Both the position numbers and the translations under genes were made by a program. Under the pieces are notes generated by a model that ran no database searches, was not told where the DNA came from, and saw only the letters and a program-made list of their open reading frames with translations. A stretch of 64,000 bases of DNA. Origin: an uncultured Gammaproteobacteria bacterium (GTDB lineage: Bacteria; Pseudomonadota; Gammaproteobacteria; Xanthomonadales; Xanthomonadaceae). The stretch lies in contig OY970231.1 of the NCBI GenBank assembly GCA_963714135.1, positions 3,111,219-3,175,218 of the forward strand, in the 5' to 3' direction. Each line of letters opens with the position of its first letter. Within the stretch, counting starts at the first letter, position 1. This document shows positions 34,414 to 42,395 of this stretch, in pieces.

Positions 34414-34538
34414 TGAGTCGAAGCCTCTGGCAGCGGCTCGGATGGCTGGTGCTGATATGGACGGTCAGTGTCGTTGGCCTGGCTTTGCTGGCCTTCGCGT
34501 TGAAGTGGGTGATGCGCGCGGTAGGGATGACTCTTTAG
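34413..34538 (+). CDS. 41-aa single-TM protein coupled to cydB (DUF2474 / CydX-like accessory subunit candidate)
   Basis: ATG 34413 overlaps the cydB stop as TGATG. Sequence is MSRSLWQRLGWLVLIWTVSVVGLALLAFALKWVMRAVGMTL. In the track it is hidden inside the out-of-frame ORF 33744..34538. Confidence 0.6.
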   Translation: MSRSLWQRLGWLVLIWTVSVVGLALLAFALKWVMRAVGMTL

Positions 34539-34653
34539 CGAGATATTCACCGCATGCCGCCAGTGCCATCGAAGAATGGAACCGGCGATGCGTATCCCAT
34601 TTCATCCGGTTACAGGCATATGATCCAGGCGATCTTCACCCAGGAGACGAGCG

Positions 34654-35052
34654 ATGAATAGCGACAATGTTCAACCCGATATCGGCAAGCTGGTGCTGCG
34701 GCTGGTGCTTGGCTTGTTGATCCTTCTGCACGGCATCGCGAAGTTGCGCGGCGGCGTCGATCCGATCGCGCAAATGCTGGCCGCGCATGGGTTGCCGAGT
34801 TTCCTGGCTTACGGCGCCTATGCCGGCGAGGTGCTTGGCCCGCTGTCGCTGATTGCTGGATTCTATGCGCGTATCGGTGCTGCCCTGATCGCGATCAATA
34901 TGTTGTTCGCGTTCGCGCTGGCGCATCTGTCGCAACTGACGCAGCTCAACGAGCAAGGCGGCTGGTCGCTGGAATTGCAGGGCATGTTCTTGTTCACGGC
35001 GATTGCCATCATTCTGATCGGGCCCGGACGCTACGGCGTCAACCTTCGATAA
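34654..35052 (+). CDS. DoxX family membrane protein
   Basis: 132 aa. LRLVLGLLILLHGIAKL...GEVLGPLSLIAGFYARIGAALIAINMLFA, a typical DoxX four-helix pattern. GGAGA SD. Confidence 0.82.
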   Translation: MNSDNVQPDIGKLVLRLVLGLLILLHGIAKLRGGVDPIAQMLAAHGLPSFLAYGAYAGEVLGPLSLIAGFYARIGAALIAINMLFAFALAHLSQLTQLNEQGGWSLELQGMFLFTAIAIILIGPGRYGVNLR

Positions 35053-35171
35053 GACGGCGGTTGAATCGAACCCATTCCCGGATGCCGCGTAGCTCCGGGC
35101 GGTGTGGTTCGCCGTCTCGCTGTGATGGCCTGGCGGCTGTGCTGCCGGTGTATTTATGCGACGTGGTAAAG

Positions 35172-37298
35172 CTAATGCGCCGTTGCCCGGCTGTAGCTCA
35201 TTTGTGTCACCCCGATTTCAAGCAGTGAGGCGAACTGCTGCGCAACCATCGGTCGGCCGAACAAATAGCCTTGCCCCTCTTCGCAGTCGTGTGCCTTGAG
35301 GAATGAAAGCTGCGCGTGGTTTTCGATGCCTTCGGCGATCACCCGAAGATTCAGGCTATTGCCCATCCCGATCACGGCGCTGACGATGAATCCATCGTCT
35401 TTTTCGCTTCGTATGTCGTGCACGAAGGATTGATCGATTTTCAAAACATCGATGGGAAACTGCTTGAGGTAACTCAAGCTGGAATAACCCGTCCCGAAAT
35501 CATCCACCGCCAACTGCACCCCCATTTCCTTGAGTTGCTGGAGAATTGCCGTGCTGGATACGGCATCACGCATCAGGGTGCTTTCGGTGATCTCCAGTTG
35601 CAGGCAACTGGCGTCCAATCCGGTATCGCTCAAGATGGTGCGCACACTGTCGAAGAATGCCTTTTGGCGAAACTCCGAGGCGGAGATGTTGACCGCGATC
35701 GATACCGATTCCAGTCCGGCGTCGGCCCACCGCCGGGCTTGCATGCACGCTTCGCGCAGCACCCACTGTCCAATCGGAACGATCAGGCCGCAATCCTCGG
35801 CAATCGGCAGGAACCTGTCTGGAAGCACCATTCCCCAATCGGCATGCTTCCAGCGCAACAAGGCTTCGGCGCCGGTAATCAGGCCGGTCTTCAGATTGAC
35901 TTTGGGCTGGTAGTGCAACACGAACTCTTGTTTTTCGAGCGACCTTCTCAGGCTGGTTTCGATGAGCTGCCGCTCGACCGCGCGGACATTCATGTGATCT
36001 TTGAAGAACTGGTAATTGTTGCGGCCGTTTTCCTTGGCGTGGTACATCGCGGTGTCGGCGTTCTTGATCAATGTTTCCGCATCCTGGCCGTCACCGGGGT
36101 AAACGCTGATGCCGATACTGGTGGTTACGCTCAGCTCACGATTGTCCACCCTGTGCGGCAGCGCCACGGCCTTGACTATCTTTTCCGCCGACAACGCCGC
36201 ATCGGATTCACTCTTGCTTTCGGCCAGCAAGATGACGAACTCATCGCCGCCCTGTCGGCTGACCGTATCGGAACAGCGCACACACTCGCCCAGGCGATGT
36301 GCCACTGATTGCAATAGCTTGTCGCCCATGACGTGCCCAAGCGAATCATTGATGTTCTTGAAGTTGTCCAGATCGAGAAAAAGTATCGTCAGTTGCTTGC
36401 CATGCCGCTTGGCCATTGAGATCGCCTGCGCGATGCGATCGTTGAGCAGCATACGATTTGGCAGATTGGTCAGGAAATCATGCTGCGCCAAATGCGCCAT
36501 TTTCGTGGCCATCGCCTGGGCAGCGCTGACATCGTGGAATACGATCACCGCCCCGGTCAGTTGTCCGCCCCAGTCATGGATCGGCGCGGCGGAATCCTCG
36601 ATGGAAGCTTCACTGCCATCGCGCCGGATCAACACCGTATTCGCCGGCAATCCCATCGGCAGGTTTTGCTCCAGCACAAGGTCAACAGTATTGCGTGTGG
36701 CTTGGCGCGTGACGCCATCGATGATCTTGAATACCTCGCTAACCGGTTTGCCGCGTGCTTCCTCCCGCGTCCATCCGGTAATTTTTTCCGCGGCGGCATT
36801 CAGGTAATCGATGTTCCCAAGCGTGTCGGTGCCGATCACTGCGTCGCTGATGGAATTGAGCGTTATTTCCGCCCGCGCCTTCTCTTTGTAAAGCGCTTCT
36901 TCGACGGACTTGCGTTGAATGATGTTGCGCAGACCTTGCGGAACGATATGGTTCTTGAAAAGCCCCTTCGACAAATAGCCTTGTGCGCCACGCTGTACCG
37001 CCTCTATCGCCAGTGAATCTTCCTCGCCCTTGCTCAAGGTCATGATCGGAATATGCGGCACGGCGGCGAACAGTCGGTCGAAAGTGGCAATCCCGTTGCT
37101 GTCCGGCAGCGACAGATCCACGAGGATCGCATCGATATCTTCCGCGCGTATTCGTTCGAGCCCGGCGGATAGTTTCCTCAACCACTCGATTTCAAAAGGG
37201 CCATCCCTTGCTTTGCAAAGCACCTCGTTGAGGGCTTGCGCATCGGCAGGATCGTCGGTAAGAACTAGCACGCGATTGAGCATCCGGACACGGTGCAC
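35172..37298 (-). CDS. Response-regulator receiver - PAS - GGDEF - EAL protein (c-di-GMP turnover)
   Basis: REC (VLVLTDDPADA, AILVDLSLPD). PAS. GGDEF (SRQGGDEFVILL). EAL (EALLRW, DDFGTGYSSLSYLK, KIDQSF). GTG start at 37298. The first ATG is at 37283. Confidence 0.9.
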   Translation of the reverse strand: MHRVRMLNRVLVLTDDPADAQALNEVLCKARDGPFEIEWLRKLSAGLERIRAEDIDAILVDLSLPDSNGIATFDRLFAAVPHIPIMTLSKGEEDSLAIEAVQRGAQGYLSKGLFKNHIVPQGLRNIIQRKSVEEALYKEKARAEITLNSISDAVIGTDTLGNIDYLNAAAEKITGWTREEARGKPVSEVFKIIDGVTRQATRNTVDLVLEQNLPMGLPANTVLIRRDGSEASIEDSAAPIHDWGGQLTGAVIVFHDVSAAQAMATKMAHLAQHDFLTNLPNRMLLNDRIAQAISMAKRHGKQLTILFLDLDNFKNINDSLGHVMGDKLLQSVAHRLGECVRCSDTVSRQGGDEFVILLAESKSESDAALSAEKIVKAVALPHRVDNRELSVTTSIGISVYPGDGQDAETLIKNADTAMYHAKENGRNNYQFFKDHMNVRAVERQLIETSLRRSLEKQEFVLHYQPKVNLKTGLITGAEALLRWKHADWGMVLPDRFLPIAEDCGLIVPIGQWVLREACMQARRWADAGLESVSIAVNISASEFRQKAFFDSVRTILSDTGLDASCLQLEITESTLMRDAVSSTAILQQLKEMGVQLAVDDFGTGYSSLSYLKQFPIDVLKIDQSFVHDIRSEKDDGFIVSAVIGMGNSLNLRVIAEGIENHAQLSFLKAHDCEEGQGYLFGRPMVAQQFASLLEIGVTQMSYSRATAH

Positions 37299-37449
37299 TC
37301 AATGGGCACATGGCTTCCGTTCGGCATCGCACGGATGGGCATGTTTATTTACCTGTTGACTATGTACGGTGGCACACACACAGTATGCGACGTCATCGCG
37401 GACTCGCATTGGTAACACGTGCAATCGCCTTGCAAAGCCGTTCAAAAGG

Positions 37450-37471
37450 CTATGTGCGTTAACGTACATAG
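37450..37471. promoter_or_regulatory. 22-bp near-perfect palindrome in the divergent promoter region (candidate operator)
   Basis: CTATGTGCGTTAACGTACATAG, with 10 of 11 positions per half-site complementary, centred on GTTAAC. It lies 76 nt upstream of the ATG of the first Crp-like gene. Confidence 0.4.
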
Positions 37472-37546
37472 CGAATTCTTGAATTGACTCTATACTCGAC
37501 TGAACCAGTCGGTTATCCCCACATTCAGATTCGCACGGCAGCACAT

Positions 37547-38302
37547 ATGTCAAAGATAATCACGCCGCTGCAAAATCATCTCCTGGCGGCGTTGCCCGCC
37601 GAAGTCCAGGACCGCCTGTTTCCCCATCTCGAACTCGTGCCACTGGCGCTCGCTCAGGTCTTGTACGAATCCGGGGACGCCTTGCGCCATGTCTATTTTC
37701 CCACCGACGCCATCGTCTCCTTGTTGTATGTGATGGAAAACGGTGCGTCGGCGGAAATATCGGTCGTGGGTAACGAAGGGCTTATCGGTATTTCCTTGTT
37801 CATGGGCGGGGAGAGCACGCCGAGCCGGGCCATCGTGCAAAGCGCAGGACACGCCTACCAGTTGCCAGGGCAGCTTCTCAAGGACGAGTTCAATCGCCAC
37901 GGCGCGATGCTCCAGTTGATGCTGCGCTACACGCAATCGTTGATTACGCAAATGGCGCAGACAGCGGTCTGCAACCGTCACCACTCGATCGACCAGCAGT
38001 TGTGCCGTTGGCTCTTGCTTTCCCTGGATCGCCTGTCAAGCAACCAACTGATCATGACCCAGGAGCTGATCGCCAATATGCTCGGCGTGCGCCGTGAAGG
38101 CGTCACCGATGCGGCCGGCAAGCTGCAAAAACTCGGCGTGATCGAATACAGCCGCGGCCACATCACGGTGATCGATCGGCCGAAGCTCGAGCAGTTGAGT
38201 TGTGAATGCTATGCCGTGGTCAAGCGGGAAACCGACCGCTTGCTGCCCTACATGCCGCACAGCCCGTCCCCTGAAGACACGACCAAGCATGCGAGTGTCT
38301 GA
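37547..38302 (+). CDS. Crp/Fnr-family transcriptional regulator (paralog 1)
   Basis: cNMP-binding-like beta-barrel (VYFPTDAIVSLLYVMENGASAEISVVGNEGLIG). C-terminal HTH (TQELIANMLGVRREGVTDAAGKLQKLGVI). Start taken at ATG 37547. Confidence 0.88.
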   Translation: MSKIITPLQNHLLAALPAEVQDRLFPHLELVPLALAQVLYESGDALRHVYFPTDAIVSLLYVMENGASAEISVVGNEGLIGISLFMGGESTPSRAIVQSAGHAYQLPGQLLKDEFNRHGAMLQLMLRYTQSLITQMAQTAVCNRHHSIDQQLCRWLLLSLDRLSSNQLIMTQELIANMLGVRREGVTDAAGKLQKLGVIEYSRGHITVIDRPKLEQLSCECYAVVKRETDRLLPYMPHSPSPEDTTKHASV

Positions 38303-38362
38303 TTGCGGTCAACCTGAATGGTGACATTGTCGAGTACTGTGTGTCTCACCGCACAGATCATT

Positions 38363-38381
38363 GTGTGACCGTCAATCACAC
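38363..38381. promoter_or_regulatory. Inverted repeat GTGTGA-N7-TCACAC upstream of the second Crp-like gene
   Basis: GTGTGACCGTCAATCACAC, 77 nt upstream of ATG 38458. It resembles CRP/Clp half-sites (TGTGA/TCACA), but the spacer is 7 nt rather than 6. Confidence 0.3.
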
Positions 38382-38457
38382 TCGCTCATCGGGAAAACTT
38401 CAGCGCCTCTCCCGTGCCATCGCTTTGGCTTTCTCCTTGCTGTAGGAGGGTGGTGGA

Positions 38458-39186
38458 ATGTCGGCCGTAATACCGGAACGAGTGGTCAATCGCCTGATAG
38501 ATGGCTTGCCGCGCAAGGAACGAAGCCGATTGCTTTCGCACTGTGCGCCGGTCGAGTTGGCCTGCGGTACCATTTTGTGCGAAGCCGATCAGTTGTTCCG
38601 GCACGTTTATTTTCCGCTGACCGGATTCATTTCACTGGTCGCGACGGTCGATGGCCATCAGCCGCTGGAAATAGGATTGATCGGCAATGAAGGCATGCTC
38701 GGCATGACACTGGCGCTGGGGGTCAACGCCATTCCCTTGCGCGGCGTCGTGCAAGGCGCGGGTACTGCATTACGAATGACTGCCTCGCAACTGCGCCGGG
38801 ATCTGCACGACAGCCCTGCCCTGCTTCGGACGCTCAATCGCTACCTTTATGCGGTGATGGCGCAACTGTCGCAATCTGCCGTTTGCACGCGCTTCCATGA
38901 AATCGAACCCAGGCTGGCACGCTGGCTGTTGCTGACGCATGACCGTGCGCATGCCGATCATTTTCATCTCACGCACCAGTTTCTTGCCGACATGCTCGGC
39001 GTGCAAAGAAGCGCAATAACCATCGCGGCTGGCGCGTTGCAAAACAGAAAACTCATCCACTACACGCGTGGCGAAATCAGCATCCTTTCCCGCAAGGGGC
39101 TGGAAGCGGCGTCTTGCGAGTGCTACAACGCGGTGATCGAGGACTACGAAAAATTATTCGGCGACGTGCGCCCCAGATCGATCTGA
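38458..39186 (+). CDS. Crp/Fnr-family transcriptional regulator (paralog 2)
   Basis: GGAGG SD. Same architecture as paralog 1 (VYFPLTGFISLVATVDGHQPLEIGLIGNEGMLG, HQFLADMLGVQRSAITIAAGALQ). Both share a C-terminal CECY motif. Confidence 0.88.
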   Translation: MSAVIPERVVNRLIDGLPRKERSRLLSHCAPVELACGTILCEADQLFRHVYFPLTGFISLVATVDGHQPLEIGLIGNEGMLGMTLALGVNAIPLRGVVQGAGTALRMTASQLRRDLHDSPALLRTLNRYLYAVMAQLSQSAVCTRFHEIEPRLARWLLLTHDRAHADHFHLTHQFLADMLGVQRSAITIAAGALQNRKLIHYTRGEISILSRKGLEAASCECYNAVIEDYEKLFGDVRPRSI

Positions 39187-39481
39187 GTCATCAGATTTCG
39201 CCGTGCCACTGGCGGCAAACGTCCATCCCGCAACCGCGACAATGAAAAAATGCACGCTAGTGCATCGGGCCGATTTGTACTGGCGCCAGCATTCATGCAA
39301 CCAAATGACTCGCGAGCGGATCAAGACATTTCCAGACACCAATGCCCGTGTCGAACAGCCGGAGTAGCATGGCGCCGATCGTCGAGCGGTATTGATGGTT
39401 CTTGATGGTTTGTGCCGTGTTGCACACGACATCATCATTGACTTGGTACGCACAAGAGAAATTTATCGAAGCAATTTCACC

Positions 39482-40792
39482 ATGCCCGGATTCCATTCGA
39501 TGACTGCGAAATCCATGCTCACCGACGAAGCGCTGCTCGATGAGCTGCAACGTGCCGCGTTCGGCTATTTCGCGCAGATGGTCGATCCGGGCAACGGTCT
39601 GGTGCCGGATACGTCGCGGGACAATTCACCCGTCAGCATTGCCGTGGTCGGGTTTGCCTTGTCCGCGTATCCGGTGGCGGTCGAACGTGGCTGGATGGAG
39701 CGTGCGCAAGCCCTGCGCCTGAGTCTTCTGGCATTGCGGTTCTTCCGTGACAGCGACCAAAGCGGCGGTCCGGAGGCAACCGGATACAAGGGCTTTTATT
39801 ATCACTTTCTCGGCATCGCCACTGGCGCGCGCGTATGGCAATCGGAATTGTCGATGATCGACACCGCCCTGTTGATTGCCGGCGCATTGAGCGCGAGCCG
39901 GTATTTCACCGCCGACACGAGCGAGGAAACCGAGCTGCGTGAACTGGTCGATTTCCTGTATCGCCGCATCGATTGGCACTGGGCGCAAAACGGTTTCACC
40001 ACGCTGCGTCATGGCTGGAAACCCGAATGCGGATTCCTGCATTACGGCTGGGAAGGCTACAGCGAAGCGATCTTGCTGTATGTGCTGGCCATGGGTTCGC
40101 CGACGCATCCCATCGAAGGCGATTGCTATCACGCGTGGACGGCGACCTATCAATGGGAAAACCTGTACGGCTACGATTTTCTCTACGCCGGACCGCTGTT
40201 CATCCATCAGTTCTCGCATGCGTGGATCGATTTTCGCGGCATCCAGGACCGTTTCATGCGCGAGAAGCGTTGCGATTATTTCGAAAACAGCCGCCGCGCG
40301 ACACACGTGCAGCAAGAATACGCGCGGCGCAATCCGCAATGCTTCGCCGGTTACGGCGACAATTGCTGGGGGCTGACCGCCTGCGATGGCCCGGACAATG
40401 AGCTGTCGATATCGACTAACGGCCGGCATCGACTGTTCGGCTACGCGGCACGTGGCGTGCCTTACGGACCCGATGACGGAACCCTCGCCGGATGGGCGGC
40501 GCTGGCTTCACTGCCGTTCGCGCCCGGGCTTGTATTGCGCGCCGCGCGCGAAATGTTGCAACGCTATCCCGGCATTTTGCCGGGGCAACGCTATGCCAGC
40601 AGTTTCAATCCCACCCTGGCCGATGCAGGCGGCGATACCTGGGTCTCGGCCGGTCATTTCGGGCTCGATCAAGGCATCGTCTTGATGATGATAGAAAACC
40701 ACCGCAGCCAATTGATCTGGCGATTGATGCGCGATTGTCCCTACATCGGCCCCGGTTTGCGATGCGCCGGATTTCGCGGTGGTTGGCTGTAA
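39482..40792 (+). CDS. Glucoamylase-family protein (PF10091/GH144-like, putative beta-1,2-glucanase)
   Basis: GLVPDTSRDNSPVSIAVVGFALSAYPVAVERGWM, GFYYHFL, SELSMIDTALLIAG and YGDNCWGLTACDGP match my memory of this (alpha/alpha)6 family. No signal peptide is seen. Start uncertain (39482 or 39500). Confidence 0.75.
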   Translation: MPGFHSMTAKSMLTDEALLDELQRAAFGYFAQMVDPGNGLVPDTSRDNSPVSIAVVGFALSAYPVAVERGWMERAQALRLSLLALRFFRDSDQSGGPEATGYKGFYYHFLGIATGARVWQSELSMIDTALLIAGALSASRYFTADTSEETELRELVDFLYRRIDWHWAQNGFTTLRHGWKPECGFLHYGWEGYSEAILLYVLAMGSPTHPIEGDCYHAWTATYQWENLYGYDFLYAGPLFIHQFSHAWIDFRGIQDRFMREKRCDYFENSRRATHVQQEYARRNPQCFAGYGDNCWGLTACDGPDNELSISTNGRHRLFGYAARGVPYGPDDGTLAGWAALASLPFAPGLVLRAAREMLQRYPGILPGQRYASSFNPTLADAGGDTWVSAGHFGLDQGIVLMMIENHRSQLIWRLMRDCPYIGPGLRCAGFRGGWL

Positions 40793-40820
40793 CCCTTTCC
40801 CGCTTCCACGGAGCACTTCG

Positions 40821-42344
40821 ATGCCCGAGCGCAACAGCTTTACTTCGACCGCTCCACTGGATGCGCATGAGCGCGAGCGTCTGGAAAACGTGCATCCATC
40901 GAATTGGCGAAATCCCAAACCCGAAGGACGCTACCGCTTGATCGTCATCGGCGCGGGCACCGCAGGCCTGGTCGCGGCACACGCCGCTGCAGCATTGGGC
41001 GCGAAAGTAGCGTTGATCGAGCGGCATCTGCTCGGCGGTGATTGTCTCAATGTCGGTTGCGTGCCATCGAAGGCCCTCATCCGCACTTCGCGCCTGTACG
41101 CGGAAATGCGCAACGCGCAGCGTTTTGGCGCGGTGATTCCGTCCGATATCCGCGTCGATTTTCCCGCTGTCATGGAACGCATGCGCGGTATTCGCGCGCG
41201 CATCAGCCGGGCCGATTCGGTGCATCGATTGATCGCGGCCGGTGTCGATGTGTATTTCGGGCAGGCGCATTTCACCGGCACCGATTCGCTGTCGGTCGAT
41301 GGCGTGAAGCTGCGCTTCGACAAGGCGCTGATCGCCACCGGCGCGAGGCCGGACACGCCCACGATTCAGGGCCTGGCCGAGGCGGGTTACCTGACCAACG
41401 AGAATGTGTTCGACCTGACCGAATTGCCGCGCCGCCTGCTGGTGATCGGCGGCGGTCCGCTGGGCTGCGAACTGGCGCAGGCGTTTTGCCGATTCGGGGC
41501 GAAAACGATCATCGCCCAGAGAATTCCCCTGTTCCTGCCCAAGGAAGAACGCGATGCCGCGCAACTGCTATCGGATGCCTTCGCCCGCGATGGCATCGAA
41601 GTACGGCTCAACACACTCGCGGTGAACGTGCGCGTGGAAGGCGGACAAAAACTCGTGGATCTGGTCTGCGACGATTACAAGAGCACGGTCGCGGTCGATA
41701 CCATCCTCACAGGCATTGGCCGGGTGCCGAATGTCGAGGGGCTGGATCTGGAAGCGGCGGGCGTTGCATACGACAACAACACCGGGATTACCGTCGATGA
41801 TTTCCTGCGCACCAGCAACCGGCGCATCTACGCGGCCGGCGATGTTTGCCTGGAGCACAAGTTCACCCACACCGCCGATGCATCGGCGCGCATCGTGGTG
41901 CAGAACGCCTTGTTCCTCGGTCGGCAACGCATGAGCGCATTGACCATTCCCTGGTGCACCTACACCGACCCGGAAATCGCCCACGTCGGTCTTTATGTGC
42001 GGCAGGCACGCGAACGCGACATCCCGGTGAAAACCTTCACCATCCCGATGCACGAGGTCGATCGCGCGATCGCCGATGATGAAGAAGGCGGCTTCGTGAA
42101 GATCCATGTCGAGGAACGCAGCGACCGGATTCTCGGTGCGACCATCGTCGCCCGCCATGCCGGCGAGATGATCAACGAAATTTCGCTGGCGATGGTCGCA
42201 GGCATCGGTCTGCGCACGCTGGCGAAGGTCATCCACGCTTATCCGACCCAGGCCGAGGCGATCAAGAAAGCCGCCGATGCCTACAACCGCACGCGCCTGA
42301 CGCCGCTCGTGCAATCGCTGCTGCGGCGCTGGTTGCGTTGGTGA
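40821..42344 (+). CDS. FAD-dependent pyridine nucleotide-disulfide oxidoreductase (class I, mercuric-reductase/dihydrolipoamide-dehydrogenase-like)
   Basis: GAGTAG dinucleotide fold (LIVIGAGTAGLVAA). Redox-active CxxxxC (GGDCLNVGCVPSK). C-terminal dimerisation domain. ATG 40821 is preceded by GGAG. Confidence 0.85.
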   Translation: MPERNSFTSTAPLDAHERERLENVHPSNWRNPKPEGRYRLIVIGAGTAGLVAAHAAAALGAKVALIERHLLGGDCLNVGCVPSKALIRTSRLYAEMRNAQRFGAVIPSDIRVDFPAVMERMRGIRARISRADSVHRLIAAGVDVYFGQAHFTGTDSLSVDGVKLRFDKALIATGARPDTPTIQGLAEAGYLTNENVFDLTELPRRLLVIGGGPLGCELAQAFCRFGAKTIIAQRIPLFLPKEERDAAQLLSDAFARDGIEVRLNTLAVNVRVEGGQKLVDLVCDDYKSTVAVDTILTGIGRVPNVEGLDLEAAGVAYDNNTGITVDDFLRTSNRRIYAAGDVCLEHKFTHTADASARIVVQNALFLGRQRMSALTIPWCTYTDPEIAHVGLYVRQARERDIPVKTFTIPMHEVDRAIADDEEGGFVKIHVEERSDRILGATIVARHAGEMINEISLAMVAGIGLRTLAKVIHAYPTQAEAIKKAADAYNRTRLTPLVQSLLRRWLRW

Positions 42345-42395
42345 ACGCACGAGTTCTGCATTGAACCAATCCGAGTCCATCGGGAGACTTGAAAA

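Noticed and set aside
39154-39453. 99-aa minus-strand ORF in the spacer upstream of the glucoamylase-family gene
   Set aside because: No SD, implausible composition (Cys/Arg/Ser-rich), and it overlaps the end of the Crp paralog gene. The terminator-like hairpin is reported separately as a weak observation.
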